64,000 nt of DNA, taken from the NCBI GenBank assembly GCA_965215505.1, contig OZ244065.1, positions 3,040,001-3,104,000 on the forward strand, written 5' to 3'. The notes beneath the pieces are model-generated. The model was not told the DNA's origin. It worked only from the letters and a program-made list of their open reading frames with translations, and searched no databases. Of this stretch, positions 9,825 through 20,683 are shown in pieces (within the stretch, counting starts at the first letter, position 1; each line of letters starts with the position of its first letter). The translations under genes were made by a program, and so were the position numbers. This DNA is from Capsulimonadaceae bacterium. Lineage in GTDB: Bacteria; Armatimonadota; Armatimonadia; Armatimonadales; Capsulimonadaceae.

Positions 9825-10475
9825 TTAAGCCGGCGGCTTCGCCTCGCTCGCCCGCAGCTTCGTCTTGTCGTCGCTGTCCGCGCCCGCGTCCAGCGAGATG
9901 TCCAGATTGGGCGCGGCCCCGAGCATCACCTGGTCATAAGCCGCCCGCATCTGGCGGGCGGCCCGGAGCGGCGGCATGAAGCCATTTTCCGTCCCGAGGC
10001 CGGGCACGAGCAAAGATTGGATGATGCCGCCGTGCTGCTCGTTGAAGGCCCGGACGGCGCGCAGGGCGGCCCGGAAGGCGAGGTAGGCGTTGACGGTCCG
10101 GCTGACGTTCTGCGGGACGCGCATGGTGGGGGCGACAACGAGGAAGGGGAACTGGGTGGCCTGGGTGATGACGACCTCGGCGTGTCCGACGACCAATTCG
10201 CCGTCGTGCCGGTCGCGGATGAGCTGCTGCACCTCGGTCTCGATGTCTTCGCCCAGGAACTCGACGATCTGGGCGTCAAGCCCGCCGTCCATGCGCCCGA
10301 AGGAGTTGGCGGGGGAGACGAGGGCGTCGGCTTCGAGGGTGAAGATGTTATCGCAGGTGACGGAGACATCGGGCAGACCGGGGAAGTAGGCCTGCCAGGC
10401 CTCGACGAGCGGCAGGTGGGTGTCGCAGAGGATGATGCGGAGAGCGGGCCGAGGCGTGGGATGCGGGGCGGACAT
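9825..10475 (-). CDS. Macro domain protein
   Basis: DALVSPANSFGRMDGGLD, APTMRVP, PGLGT. Confidence 0.88.
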   Translation of the reverse strand: MSAPHPTPRPALRIILCDTHLPLVEAWQAYFPGLPDVSVTCDNIFTLEADALVSPANSFGRMDGGLDAQIVEFLGEDIETEVQQLIRDRHDGELVVGHAEVVITQATQFPFLVVAPTMRVPQNVSRTVNAYLAFRAALRAVRAFNEQHGGIIQSLLVPGLGTENGFMPPLRAARQMRAAYDQVMLGAAPNLDISLDAGADSDDKTKLRASEAKPPA

Positions 10476-10531
10476 GGGATATTATAGCCCATTTGCACAA
10501 GGAAAGAAGCCCCCACCCCGGCTCGTTCCTC

Positions 10532-10622
10532 GCCACCCCTGCCCCCGCAAGCGGGAGAGGGGATAGAAGGGGAGGTTCGTCAGTATTCCTTCACCCTCTC
10601 CCGCTTGCGGGGGAGGGTGGCG
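10532..10622. repeat. Inverted REP-like pair (cccgcaagcggg family)
   Basis: cccccgcaagcgggagagggg...ccctctcccgcttgcggggg; same family at 37395-37530. Confidence 0.65.
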
Positions 10623-10683
10623 TCGGGTGCAGTTGCTCCGCACTTGTGCGCCGGGTGGGGGCGGCTCCTGTGCCGCCCCTCAA

Positions 10684-11541
10684 TTAACCAAACCGCCCCG
10701 AGACATACGCTTCCGTATCTTTATCCTTCGGATTGGTGAATATCTGGTCCGTGTCGCCGAACTCCTTCAGTTCCCCGCGCAGGAAGAAGCCCGTCTTCTG
10801 GGAGACGCGGGCGGCCTGCTGCATGTTGTGGGTGACGATGATGATCGTGTACTGCTTTTTCAGGTCGTCGATGAGCTGCTCGATGCGGAAGGTGCTGTTC
10901 GGGTCCAGGGCCGAACACGGCTCGTCCATCAGGATCACTTCCGGTTCGACGGCCAGCGTCCTGGCGATGCAGAGCCGCTGCTGCTGGCCGCCGGAGAGGG
11001 CGAAGGCGGAGGCTTTCAGCTTGTCCTTGACCTCATCCCACAGGGCCGAGCCTTGCAGAGTCCGCTCGACGATGTCGTTGATCTTCTTGCGGTTGGTCAT
11101 GCCGTGGATGCGCGGGCCGTAGGCAATGTTGTCGTAGATGGACATCGGGAACGGGTTGGGCTTCTGGAAGACCATGCCGATGCGCTTCCGCAGGTCCACG
11201 ACGTCCACGGCGCGGTCGTAGATGTCCGCGCCGTCCACGGTGATCTTTCCGGTCAGCCGCGTGCCGTCAATGAGGTCGTTCATGCGGTTCAAAGTCCGCA
11301 GGAAGGTGGACTTGCCGCAGCCCGACGGCCCGATCAGGGCGGTCACCTGGCGGTCGGGGACGACGATGTTGATGCCCTTCAATGCTTTGAAGGCGCTGTA
11401 ATAGAAGTCCACGTTCTCGGCCAGGACCTTGGGCGTGGTCGGCCCGGCGGCCTGACCGCGAGCGATCTCCTGGATGGAGCCGGGGCCGGCATTGTTGCCC
11501 GCCGAGGCATAGGTCTCCATGGGGGTGTAGCTGTCGGACAT
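10684..11541 (-). CDS. pstB: Phosphate ABC transporter ATPase
   Basis: [36 protein letters not shown]. Confidence 0.96.
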   Translation of the reverse strand: MSDSYTPMETYASAGNNAGPGSIQEIARGQAAGPTTPKVLAENVDFYYSAFKALKGINIVVPDRQVTALIGPSGCGKSTFLRTLNRMNDLIDGTRLTGKITVDGADIYDRAVDVVDLRKRIGMVFQKPNPFPMSIYDNIAYGPRIHGMTNRKKINDIVERTLQGSALWDEVKDKLKASAFALSGGQQQRLCIARTLAVEPEVILMDEPCSALDPNSTFRIEQLIDDLKKQYTIIIVTHNMQQAARVSQKTGFFLRGELKEFGDTDQIFTNPKDKDTEAYVSGRFG

Positions 11542-11546
11542 GGGCG

Positions 11547-12485
11547 TTACTTCTCCTCCTGCATGCTGCTGCGGGTGGCGAAACGGGCGGCGATGCTGAG
11601 GACCAGAATGATCGTGATCAGGACGACCGCACCGGCCCAGGCCAGGCTCTGCTGGTCGGGGTCGGCGGCCTGCGAATAGTTATAGATGCGGAGCGGCAGG
11701 GCATCAATAGGCGCGTTCAGGGTGGGCAGGGTGACGCCGGCGACTTTGTGGGTGGTGAAGAACTCGTTGCCCATGATGGTGAACAGCAGCGGAGCGGTTT
11801 CGCCGGCGATGCGGGCCAGGGCCAGCATGACGCCCGTGATGACGCCGCCCCGCGCGGCGGGCAGGACGACGCTCCACATGGTCCGCCACCGCGTCGCGCC
11901 CAGGCCCAGGGAGGCCTCGCGGAGCGAGAACGGGACCAGCCGCAGGATCTCTTCGGTGGTCCGCATGACGGTCGGCACCATCAGGATGCCCAGGGCGAAG
12001 CCGCCCGCGTAGGCCGAGAAGCCCGTACCCGGGTGCCGGGCGGCGACCGGCGCAACCACGGCGGCGTAGGCGAAGATGCCGATGACGATGGACGGGATGC
12101 CGTTCAGGACGTCGGTGAAGAACCGGACCGTGGAGGCGAAGCGGCCCTTGGCCTCAAGCTGGTAGATGCCGCCCAATATGCCCAGCGGCAGGCCGATGGT
12201 GGAGGCCGTCCCGAGCAGGACCAGGGTCCCGAAGATGGACTGCGACATGCCGCCCTGCTTGACGTTGACGTTGTCGGGGAGGCGGGTGAACAGCGTGAGG
12301 TGCAGGGAGCTGAAGCCCTTGGAGAGCAGCAGGAACAGCACCAAGCCCAGCACGAGGATCGCCAGGCCAGCCGCCAGAGAACACAAGGTCAGCATCAGCC
12401 CGTTGACGAACTTGCGCCGCCCGACCGCCCCGCTCGAGCGGCGCGCGGGGGTCTGCGGTGCGTTCTGCGGGTAGGCCACGCTCAT
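11547..12485 (-). CDS. pstA: Phosphate ABC transporter permease
   Basis: [29 protein letters not shown]. Confidence 0.95.
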   Translation of the reverse strand: MSVAYPQNAPQTPARRSSGAVGRRKFVNGLMLTLCSLAAGLAILVLGLVLFLLLSKGFSSLHLTLFTRLPDNVNVKQGGMSQSIFGTLVLLGTASTIGLPLGILGGIYQLEAKGRFASTVRFFTDVLNGIPSIVIGIFAYAAVVAPVAARHPGTGFSAYAGGFALGILMVPTVMRTTEEILRLVPFSLREASLGLGATRWRTMWSVVLPAARGGVITGVMLALARIAGETAPLLFTIMGNEFFTTHKVAGVTLPTLNAPIDALPLRIYNYSQAADPDQQSLAWAGAVVLITIILVLSIAARFATRSSMQEEK

Positions 12486-12487
12486 GG

Positions 12488-13543
12488 CTATTTCCCCCCC
12501 TGCACGTCTTTGGCCGTGTAGAAGACCAGGAGCCGCGCGCAGGCGTTCACGGCGACCGTGACGCAGAATAGGACCAGGCCGATCTCCACCAAGGCGGACT
12601 GGTTCAGGCTACCCGGCGAGGACTCCTGGAACTTGTTCGCCAGGACGCTGGACATGGTGTAGCCCGAGTCGAACAGCGAGAACGAGATCCCGGACTTCGT
12701 GTTCGGCGACTGGTTGCCGATCAGCATGGTCACCGCCATCGTCTCGCCCAGGGCGCGGCCCAGGCCCAGGATGACCGCGCCGATGATGCCGGATTTTGCG
12801 TAGGGGATGACCACCTGGGAGATCGTCTCCCACTGCGTCGCGCCCAGGGCATACGAGCCTTCGCGCTGCGACCGGGGGATGGCCCGCAGGATGTCGCGCG
12901 TGACGGCGGTGATGAACGGCGTCACCATGATCGCGAGGATCATGCCCGCCGCGAGCATCGAGTAGCCCGCCGCCTGGCCCCCGAACAGTCCGCCGATGAC
13001 CGGCAGGTGCGGCAGGCGGGAGCCGAGGACGGGCTTGAAGATGAAGGCTTTCAGGAACGGGATCAGGACGAAGATGCCCCACAGGCCGTAGACCACGCTG
13101 GGGATGGCTGCCAGAAGCTCAATCAGGAAGGTGGCGGGTGTCCGTATCCAGCGCGGGGCAAGTTCGGACAGGAAGATGGCCGCGCCGACGCTGACCGGGA
13201 CGGCCAGGACGAGCGCGATGAAGGACGAGTACAGGGTGCCCTGGATGAAGGGCAAGGCGTGGTAGCTGTCCGTCGCCTCGTTCCATTCCGTCTTGGCGAT
13301 AAACGACAGGCCGGTGTGGTGGATGGACAGCAGGCTCGCCCCCGTGAGCTGCCAGAGCAGCCAGAGGATGATGACGAAGATGCTGAGGGAGGCCAGGAAC
13401 GTGACGGCCGAGTAAATGCTGTCGCCGACCCGCGCCCCGGTCATCAGGGGCCGGGTCGGGCGCGGCGTGGCGGCCGAAGGTGCCCGCGCCGCTGCGGGCG
13501 GCGGGGCGCTGCTGAGGGGGACGCTCGGTGCGCGGTCAGCCAT
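12488..13543 (-). CDS. pstC: Phosphate ABC transporter permease
   Basis: ELLAAIPSVVYGLWG, GRALGETMAV; start re-called at ATG 13543. Confidence 0.94.
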   Translation of the reverse strand: MADRAPSVPLSSAPPPAAARAPSAATPRPTRPLMTGARVGDSIYSAVTFLASLSIFVIILWLLWQLTGASLLSIHHTGLSFIAKTEWNEATDSYHALPFIQGTLYSSFIALVLAVPVSVGAAIFLSELAPRWIRTPATFLIELLAAIPSVVYGLWGIFVLIPFLKAFIFKPVLGSRLPHLPVIGGLFGGQAAGYSMLAAGMILAIMVTPFITAVTRDILRAIPRSQREGSYALGATQWETISQVVIPYAKSGIIGAVILGLGRALGETMAVTMLIGNQSPNTKSGISFSLFDSGYTMSSVLANKFQESSPGSLNQSALVEIGLVLFCVTVAVNACARLLVFYTAKDVQGGK

Positions 13544-13656
13544 GAATGTCATTCTCCAGAAACGGGCGTGGGACGGGACAACCGAACGCATAACGGTCCG
13601 CGTGGGGGCGGGGTTCCCCGACCCCATCCTTTGTTGCCCCATCCCTTCTACCCGCC

Positions 13657-14676
13657 TCAGCGGATGGTCGCGACGGCGGCCAGGGCGCGCTGCCGGACGC
13701 CGGGAGGCAGGGGCGCGTAGTACTTCGGGCCGGCGTCCTTCTGGCCCGTCGTCAGCATCCACTGGAGCATCTTCTTGACTTCCGGCTTGGTGCCGTTCCG
13801 GTAGACCAGCAGGTAGGTGAAGCCGGTGATTGGGTAGCCGTTCGCCGCGCCCGTGTTGACCGCGACCTTGCGGAAGTCGGCGGGCAGCGGCACGGCGTCC
13901 ACCGCCGCCGTCGTCGTCTCGACCGTGGGGTAGACGAATTTGCCCTTGGCGTTGCGGACCGGGCCGTAGAAGATGTTGTTCGCGACGGCGTAGTTCAGCT
14001 CGATGTACCCGATGCCGCCCTCCTGGGACTTGATGTAGGCGGCGACGCCCTGGTTGCCCTTGCCGCCCAGGCCGTTCGGCCAGCTCACCGACTTGCCCGC
14101 CCCGACCCGGCTCGCCCAGTCGGGGCTGGTTTCGGAGAGGAAGGTGGTGAAGATGTTGGTCGTGCCCGACCCGTCGGAGCGATGCACCGGGGCGATGGCG
14201 ATGTTGGGCAGGTTGGTCCCGCGGTTGATCCGGGCGATGGCCGGGTCGTTCCACCGGGTGATCTTGCCCAGGAAGATGTCGGCAATCACCTCGGGCGTGA
14301 GGCTGAGGCCGGACTGGATGCCGGGGATGTTGTAGGCGACCACGACCGCGCCCGCGACCGTCGGGATGTGCAGGATGCCCGGCGCGGCGGCAAGCTCGGC
14401 GGCGTTCATGGGGGCGTCCGAAGCCCCGAAGTCCACGGCGTGGGCGGTGATGTTCTTGATGCCGCCGCCGGACCCGATGGCCTGGTAGTTGACGGCGGGG
14501 CCGCCTTCGGCATGGTATTCCTGGAACCACTGCTGGTACAGCGGGTTGGGGAAGGTCGCGCCCGCGCCGTTGATCTGCGCCTGGGCCGCCGCGCCGCCCA
14601 GGACGGCGAGGCCCAGGGCGACTGCGACGGCGCCCCGGAGCGTTCTGGTGAATGTCCTCGTGACTGATTTAAGCAT
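13657..14676 (-). CDS. pstS: Phosphate-binding protein
   Basis: GAGATFP, YQAIGSGGG, DFGASD, HRSDGSGTT; signal peptide; AGGAG RBS. Confidence 0.96.
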   Translation of the reverse strand: MLKSVTRTFTRTLRGAVAVALGLAVLGGAAAQAQINGAGATFPNPLYQQWFQEYHAEGGPAVNYQAIGSGGGIKNITAHAVDFGASDAPMNAAELAAAPGILHIPTVAGAVVVAYNIPGIQSGLSLTPEVIADIFLGKITRWNDPAIARINRGTNLPNIAIAPVHRSDGSGTTNIFTTFLSETSPDWASRVGAGKSVSWPNGLGGKGNQGVAAYIKSQEGGIGYIELNYAVANNIFYGPVRNAKGKFVYPTVETTTAAVDAVPLPADFRKVAVNTGAANGYPITGFTYLLVYRNGTKPEVKKMLQWMLTTGQKDAGPKYYAPLPPGVRQRALAAVATIR

Positions 14677-14793
14677 CGTGATGACTCTCTCCTGCATCGG
14701 TCTTTCCGAATTGATCTCTTGGGCGAACAGGCCGTACACCGGCGGCTCCGCCGTGCCGGGCCTGATGACGTAGGGTTTCGCCTTTTCGGGGGG

Positions 14794-14826
14794 AGTTTAC
14801 CCCCTCTATGTTAAGAGAATGTTAAG
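14794..14826 (-). promoter_or_regulatory. pstS promoter with Pho-box-like direct repeats
   Basis: TTAAG at 14811 and 14822 (11-bp period; CTTAACA on minus) and TAAACT -10 at 14794-14799. Confidence 0.7.
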
Positions 14827-14934
14827 AAGGGATTGTGGGCCGAGAAAATGAATCAGGGGGATGCCCCAGCACAACATGGCGACAGACAGCACTACACAGA
14901 CAACACTACATAGAACCACAAAGGATTGCGTACC

Positions 14935-15555
14935 ATGCGACTACTCCCACGCGAGGAGCGTTTCTTCGACCTGTTCGACAAGATCGCCGAGAAGGTGGTC
15001 GTGGCCGCCGAGGTCTTGGAAGACACACTTCAAGATTACGGGCATCTGGCCGAGGCGATCACCCGGCTGCGCGCCCTGGAACACGAGGCCGACCAGCTCG
15101 TCCACGAGGCCATGGACCGGCTCAACAAGACCTTCGTCACGCCCCTGGACCGGGAGGACATCCTGGCCCTGACGCACGTCCTGGACGACGTGCTGGATTA
15201 CACGCAGTCGGCGGCGGACTGCATGAGTCTTTACGGCATCCCAGCCCCCATCCCGCACAGCCTGGAGATGGCGGCGACTCTGGTTTCCGCCGCCCAGCAG
15301 ATCCGCCAGGGCGTCACCGGCCTGCGGAACTTCGGGGACATCCGGGGCATCCTGGACCCGTGCGTCCGGATCAACTCGCTGGAGAACCAGGGGGACGCCA
15401 CCAACCGCCAGGCCCTGCGCGCGCTGTTCGGCGGCGGGCAGGACGCCGTGACGATCCTCAAGTGGCGCGAGGTCTACGAACACCTGGAAACCGCGCTCGA
15501 CCGCTGCGAGGATGTCGCCGACGTGCTGCAAACCATCGCCGTCAAGAACAGCTAG
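14935..15555 (+). CDS. DUF47 / Pit-accessory phosphate transport regulator
   Basis: LEHEADQ, TFVTPLDREDI, ENQGD, DRCEDVAD; sits upstream of pit. Confidence 0.92.
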   Translation: MRLLPREERFFDLFDKIAEKVVVAAEVLEDTLQDYGHLAEAITRLRALEHEADQLVHEAMDRLNKTFVTPLDREDILALTHVLDDVLDYTQSAADCMSLYGIPAPIPHSLEMAATLVSAAQQIRQGVTGLRNFGDIRGILDPCVRINSLENQGDATNRQALRALFGGGQDAVTILKWREVYEHLETALDRCEDVADVLQTIAVKNS

Positions 15556-15598
15556 CGCGACCCCGTTTAGCCAGGAGCAGCCCGCAAAGGACCCCCAC

Positions 15599-16591
15599 TT
15601 GGACCACACGTTTCTCTGGATCGGGATCATCGTCGTCCTGGCCCTGACCTTCGACTTTTCAAATGGCGTCCACGACGCCGCCAATGCCATCGCCACCACG
15701 GTCACGACGCGCGCCCTGTCTATGGGCAAGGCTGTGGCGATGGCCGCCGTCCTCAACATGATCGGGGCAGTGGTCAGCACAGCGGTCGCCAAATTCATCG
15801 GCAAGGGGCTGGTGGACGCGCATGTCGTGACGCTGCCCATCGTAGCCGCCGCTCTAATTGGGGCGATTAGCTGGAACCTGCTGACCTGGTACTACGGCCT
15901 GCCGTCGTCGTCGTCGCACGCCCTGATCGGCGGGCTGGTGGGGGCGGCCCTGTTCGCCTTCGGGCCGGGTTCCGTCCATGTGGACGGGCTGACCAAGACC
16001 GTCATCGCCCTGGTGACCTCGCCGCTGGCGGGGTTCGGGGCGGCCTTCCTGCTGATGCGCGGCCTGCTGCGGGTCGTCCGCGACCGGCCTTACACGCCGA
16101 CCATGCGCGGGTTCCGCAGGCTCCAGGTCGTGTCCGCCGCCTTCATGGCCTTCTCGCACGGCTCCAACGACGCCCAGAAGACGATGGGGGTGGTGACGCT
16201 CGCCCTGATCAGCGGCCACCTGCTGCCGGGGACGGCGGCCGTGCCGCTGTGGGTGATCCTCTCCTCCGCCGCCGCCATGGCCCTGGGCACGGCGGTCGGA
16301 GGGTGGCGGATCATCAAGACGATGGGCAGCAAGTTGGTGGACCTGACGCCCGCCCACGGGTTCGCGGCGGAGACGGCGGCAGCGGGCGTGATCCTGATCG
16401 CCACGCACCTGGGCCTGCCGATCTCCACCACCCACGTCATCGCCTCCTCGATCCTGGGGGTGGGCGCGACCCGCCGAGCCAACAGCGTGCGCTGGGGGAC
16501 GGCGACAAACATTCTGCTGGCCTGGGTGCTGACCATCCCCGGCGCGGGCCTGGTGGCCGGGCTGATCGCGCTTGCGGTGCGGCACTTGTGA
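15599..16591 (+). CDS. pit: Inorganic phosphate transporter (PiT)
   Basis: NGVHDAANAIAT, GLPSSSSHALIGG, HGSNDAQK, PISTTH; TTG start inferred. Confidence 0.93.
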   Translation: MDHTFLWIGIIVVLALTFDFSNGVHDAANAIATTVTTRALSMGKAVAMAAVLNMIGAVVSTAVAKFIGKGLVDAHVVTLPIVAAALIGAISWNLLTWYYGLPSSSSHALIGGLVGAALFAFGPGSVHVDGLTKTVIALVTSPLAGFGAAFLLMRGLLRVVRDRPYTPTMRGFRRLQVVSAAFMAFSHGSNDAQKTMGVVTLALISGHLLPGTAAVPLWVILSSAAAMALGTAVGGWRIIKTMGSKLVDLTPAHGFAAETAAAGVILIATHLGLPISTTHVIASSILGVGATRRANSVRWGTATNILLAWVLTIPGAGLVAGLIALAVRHL

Positions 16592-16600
16592 GGCGGGATT

Positions 16601-16658
16601 GGAAGACAGAGGATTGTAGGGGCGCGATGAATCGCGCCCCTACAATCCTCTGTCTTCC
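16601..16658. repeat. Perfect 58-nt palindrome with GTAG-REP core between convergent genes
   Basis: ggaagacagaggattgtaggggcgcgat-ga-atcgcgcccctacaatcctctgtcttcc. Confidence 0.8.
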
Positions 16659-16668
16659 CCAGACCCGC

Positions 16669-18054
16669 TCACCCCGCGCTGATCTGGGCGGCTTCCTTAC
16701 CGCCCTGGCCCACGGCGGGCAGGGCGGCGGGGCGGGCGGCGGGCTGGACATAGATCGGGTTGCTGAAGATCCAGGGCTTGGCCCCCAGGCACAGGCTGCC
16801 CAGGCGGTGCTTGTAGAGGAAGACCTCGGCGCGGTAGACGCCGGGCGCGCGGACGGCGTATTCCAGACGCCCGCCACGCGCGGCGGCGACCAGGCGGCCG
16901 TCTTTGTACAGGCGGACCAGGGACCGGGTGCGCGGGGCCTGCGCGATGAGGACGAACGGGGAGCGGCCCGCCCCGGCCTCGGCGGGGAAAGTCAGGGCGT
17001 CGCCCATCAGGGCCAGCGGCGGGCGGGCGGGTGCGTTCTGGGCCGGCAGGGCCGGGGGCGGCCCGGCTTCAAAGATGAACCCGGTCGGGTCGGCGTAGTT
17101 GTCGTAGGCCATGTAACAGTGGCCGGCCGCCAAAGCCCCATGCACCAGGGCGTCATCCTTCTCCCGCGCCGCCTTGCCCCGGCCGGCAGGCGGCTCGCCG
17201 TAGGAGAGCGGCAGGGACGTCACCAGGTGGGTCCGCAGGGTGCGGAACGTCTCCTCGTAGGTGGGGAACGGGTAGGAGCGGCGGGCGAACTTCATCACCG
17301 CGTGGGCGTCCAGCGAGGCGATGCCGACGACGCGGCGGGCGGGCAGGCCCGGCGCGGGCGGGGCGGTCAGGCGGTCCCACAGGCGAAGCTCGGGGGCGGG
17401 GCGGGCGGAAACCAGGTGGAAGGCGCGCTGGGGGCTGCGGGAATGGTAGCGCCGCCAGACTTCGGCCAGGGCGGGCAGGTTGATCTTGGTGCGGGCGATG
17501 GCGCTGAGGTTGAAGACCTCCAGGCCCGTCCCCTCCTCCAGCCGCCCGAAGTCGCGCCAGTGGTCTTTCAGATCGCAGGGCAGGGCGACGAACCCCAGCC
17601 CGCCCGACGACGCGATGGCCTGCTGGGCGGCGACCGCCTCGTGCGGGGCGGGCAGGAAATCCTGGGGGACGTCCAGAGCGAGCAGGTGGCCGGTGTCGGT
17701 CGTCACCTCGGTGCCGATCAGGATCAGGGTCCGCCCGCGCCACCCATCCTGACCATCCGCCCGCGCCTGGAGGCTGGAATGGTCGCACAGAACCAGGAAG
17801 TCCAGTCCGGCCTCGTTCGCGGCCTGGGCGATCTCCTCCACCGTCCCCGCGCCGTCGCTGTAGGTGGAGTGGATGTGCATCGCCCCGGCGTAGTCGTAGA
17901 AACGCGGCAGCCCCAGGGACTGCCCGCCGCGCCCCGGCGGGGCGGGACGCGGGGTCGGCGGGGGCGCATATTGGATGCGCTCGCGCAGGGTGGCGAACAG
18001 GCCCTCGCAGGTGAGGATCGAAAGATAGAGCCGCACGCGCGACCACTTCAACAC
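16669..18054 (-). CDS. PHP-domain metallophosphoesterase-like protein
   Basis: HIHSTYSDG, CDH, GTEVTTDTGHLL, SLDAH. Confidence 0.8.
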   Translation of the reverse strand: MLKWSRVRLYLSILTCEGLFATLRERIQYAPPPTPRPAPPGRGGQSLGLPRFYDYAGAMHIHSTYSDGAGTVEEIAQAANEAGLDFLVLCDHSSLQARADGQDGWRGRTLILIGTEVTTDTGHLLALDVPQDFLPAPHEAVAAQQAIASSGGLGFVALPCDLKDHWRDFGRLEEGTGLEVFNLSAIARTKINLPALAEVWRRYHSRSPQRAFHLVSARPAPELRLWDRLTAPPAPGLPARRVVGIASLDAHAVMKFARRSYPFPTYEETFRTLRTHLVTSLPLSYGEPPAGRGKAAREKDDALVHGALAAGHCYMAYDNYADPTGFIFEAGPPPALPAQNAPARPPLALMGDALTFPAEAGAGRSPFVLIAQAPRTRSLVRLYKDGRLVAAARGGRLEYAVRAPGVYRAEVFLYKHRLGSLCLGAKPWIFSNPIYVQPAARPAALPAVGQGGKEAAQISAG

Positions 18055-18208
18055 GGCAGATTCTCCAGGCTAATCAGTGCAAACCAGTGAGCGCAAACGG
18101 TCACGCAGGCGACGGGGCATCGCCCCGCGACACGTTCACAACACGGCGGCGCGGGGGCGGGTTCCCCTGCCCTCCGCCCGGTCGTTTGCACTCATTGTAG
18201 CACGGATT

Positions 18209-19423
18209 TCATGGATTCGCCACTGTTTTCGGCGCGGCGGGTGATACGGTGATTTCCGTGGTCCGGTGCGGCTTCAGCGCGGCCTCGACGACCACCTCCA
18301 CGCCGCCCTTCCCGTCGGGCGTCTGCGAGACGATGCTCGCCTGGCCCGGCTTCGACTTGTTCTTGTAGGCGACCCCCGCCGTCACCGCCAGCGCCTGTCC
18401 GGCGGGCGGGGCGGCGACGCGCAGGGCGATGTGCCGGACCAGGATGTCTTCGTTGTTGGTGTTGGCGACCCACACGCGGTTCGACGGGCCGTGCGCGGCC
18501 TCGCCATCGGGGTAGTCCACTTCCAGGTGCCAGGGCTGCTCGATCTGCGTGGTGATCTTCGCGCCGTCTACTGCCACCGAAACCCAGTGCAGGTAGCCGC
18601 CGTTCTCCGGGGAGGCGTCCAGCGGGGCACCCGCGCCGCCCGAGATGAAGTAGTCTATGCCGTCTTTGGCCTGATGCCAGTAGATGTGGTTGTGGCTGCA
18701 AAAGACGGCCCGGACGCCGCCCTTGACGAACGCGGCGTGGAGGCGGTCGCGGGCCTCAATGCTGACGAACCCGGTCGCGAGGTCGGGGACGTCCGGGTCG
18801 GGCGGCCCGAAGACGTAGTGATGCATGAAGACGAAGATGTTCTTCGCTCCCTGGTTCGCCGCCAGGTCGCTCTGGAGCCACTTCATCTGTTCGTCGTCAA
18901 TGGTCCCGCCCTTGACCGTGCCGTCCGCGCCCACCGGCGTCGTGTCCAGGGCGATGAAGTGGGAGTGGCCATAGTCGAAGGACCCGTAGAGGCTCCCCAG
19001 GCGCTTCCGGTAGACGGGCAGCAGGGCGGCGTCTAGGCTGTACTCGTGGTTGCCGGGTGCGTTGAAGACCGGCCCGCCGGTCAGGGCGGCCCCGGCGAGA
19101 AAGGTGTCGTACTCGGCATTGGCCTCGGCGACGGTGTCGCCGTAGCCCTCGATCACGTCGCCGGTCCAGAAGGTGAAGTCGGGGCGCACCCAGCCGATCT
19201 CCCGGCAGACCTCGGCGAAGGCGGGCGGCATCGGGTAGCCGTGCCCGGTCGAGCGGTTGTCGCCCGCCACGATGAACGTGAAGTGGTCCGGGTCTGCGGG
19301 CGCGGCCAGGGCCCTCGCCCCCGCCGTCGGGATCGGCGCGAACGGCTTGGTGGTGGAGGCGGACGCGGACGTGCCCAGGAGGGCGCAGGCGAGAACGGCG
19401 AGCGGAAGGGTTCGTTTGGTCAT
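18209..19423 (-). CDS. Secreted calcineurin-like metallophosphoesterase
   Basis: Signal peptide; GDNR, TGDVI, PGNHE, FMHH, SHNH. Confidence 0.88.
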   Translation of the reverse strand: MTKRTLPLAVLACALLGTSASASTTKPFAPIPTAGARALAAPADPDHFTFIVAGDNRSTGHGYPMPPAFAEVCREIGWVRPDFTFWTGDVIEGYGDTVAEANAEYDTFLAGAALTGGPVFNAPGNHEYSLDAALLPVYRKRLGSLYGSFDYGHSHFIALDTTPVGADGTVKGGTIDDEQMKWLQSDLAANQGAKNIFVFMHHYVFGPPDPDVPDLATGFVSIEARDRLHAAFVKGGVRAVFCSHNHIYWHQAKDGIDYFISGGAGAPLDASPENGGYLHWVSVAVDGAKITTQIEQPWHLEVDYPDGEAAHGPSNRVWVANTNNEDILVRHIALRVAAPPAGQALAVTAGVAYKNKSKPGQASIVSQTPDGKGGVEVVVEAALKPHRTTEITVSPAAPKTVANP

Positions 19424-19497
19424 GGGTGTTCCTGAATCAAAGGAAAAGCCCCAGGCAAAGGCTGCCGGGGGCTGGAGCTGTCTTTACGGGGGATGGG

Positions 19498-20373
19498 TCA
19501 GTCCGCGCCGCGCTGCAAGCCGGAGTTGTTGCAGGTGCCCGCCTGGTCCCAGGCCCAGTCCACGCCGTCGCAGCCCGACGTGTAGACGCTGTAGCGGGTG
19601 ACGAACTTCACATGGCCGTCCTGGTAAGCGATGGTCGTGCCCAGCGGGTGGAACGGCACCTTGCCCGCCGCCAGCGGCTTGTCGCTGAAGGCTTTGGGGA
19701 AGTCCGCATAGACGCGCGTCTCGGTGGGCCGCGCGAAGCTGCCCAGCAGCACCGTCGCCAGGCCCTGCGAGGCCTTGTTGCCGTTGCTGAACGAGGTGCC
19801 GGAGACAGGCTCGCCGTTCGCGGTGTATTCCACGTCCTTGCCGCCGGTCGTGCCGGGGATGGAGTAGCCCACCGTCATCGCACCCACGCTGCCGGCCGGG
19901 TAGGGATTGGAGAAGTTCTGGTGGGTGAACTTGTAGGACGTGCCGATGATGTCGGCGTAGGTATGCCCGCCCTCCTGCGCCCAGGTCAGCCCGTTCGTCG
20001 GGCCGTCGCCGTTCGCCTGCATGCCGCCGCTGTCGTCGGGGCAGTGGAACACCTCGGTACTCTTGATGAAGGGCATGATCTCGGCGGGGATGCCGGCCTG
20101 CGGCACGTTCAGCATCTGCGAGGCGACCGGCCCGACCGAGTTGTTGACGGCGTAGGAGATCGGCATCGCCTCATCGGTGTCCTGGGCGTACATCAGGATG
20201 CCCAGGGTGAACTGCTTGGCGTTGGACTGGCAGGAGGCGCGGCGGGCGTTCTCGCGGACCTTCTGGAAGACCGGGAACAGGATGGCGGCGAGAATCGCGA
20301 TGATGGCGATGACGACGAGCAGCTCAATGAGCGTGAAGCCGGCTTTGGTGCCACGCTTTCGGGAACAGGACAT
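19498..20373 (-). CDS. Prepilin-type / H-X9-DG (DUF1559) protein 1
   Basis: [37 protein letters not shown]. Confidence 0.92.
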   Translation of the reverse strand: MSCSRKRGTKAGFTLIELLVVIAIIAILAAILFPVFQKVRENARRASCQSNAKQFTLGILMYAQDTDEAMPISYAVNNSVGPVASQMLNVPQAGIPAEIMPFIKSTEVFHCPDDSGGMQANGDGPTNGLTWAQEGGHTYADIIGTSYKFTHQNFSNPYPAGSVGAMTVGYSIPGTTGGKDVEYTANGEPVSGTSFSNGNKASQGLATVLLGSFARPTETRVYADFPKAFSDKPLAAGKVPFHPLGTTIAYQDGHVKFVTRYSVYTSGCDGVDWAWDQAGTCNNSGLQRGAD

Positions 20374-20412
20374 GGTGATCTCCTTAAAGAGTCGGTGAAG
20401 GATCAGTACGCT

Positions 20413-20500
20413 TTTTATATAAAAGACGCCTAGAGTCTACACCGTAAACGCCCCCGAATATGTTAAGGGAAGATTAAGGTTGTGTTAAGTTTATGTTAAG
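20413..20500 (-). promoter_or_regulatory. Promoter with four Pho-box-like repeats and palindromic operator
   Basis: TTAAG at 20463, 20474, 20485, 20496; TAGACT -10 at 20434-20439; TTTTATATAAAA at 20413-20424. Confidence 0.7.
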
Positions 20501-20549
20501 GGGGTTGCGTCCCAGGGGTGGGGATTGAAGGCGAATGAGGACGAGTGAG

Positions 20550-20683
20550 GACAAGTGATTAAAAATCACTCGCTACGCGCGGACCTGTCCAGGGGACAGA
20601 AGAAGGATGGGAAGTTCTCTCCCCGTCCCTCCCCTTGTCCCCTGGACAAATCTTATGACAGCGAGTGATTTTAATCACTCGTC
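20550..20683 (-). mobile_element. ~150-bp element, copy 3
   Basis: Same nested hairpins, shorter spacer. Confidence 0.8.

Noticed and set aside
12488-14530. 680-aa PstC fusion
   Set aside because: The upstream part is an off-frame read of pstS; PstC similarity begins after ATG 13543.
14690-14787. c-di-GMP-I riboswitch in the pstS leader
   Set aside because: GGCGAAACC and a long stem are present, but the second conserved GCAAA-type element is not.
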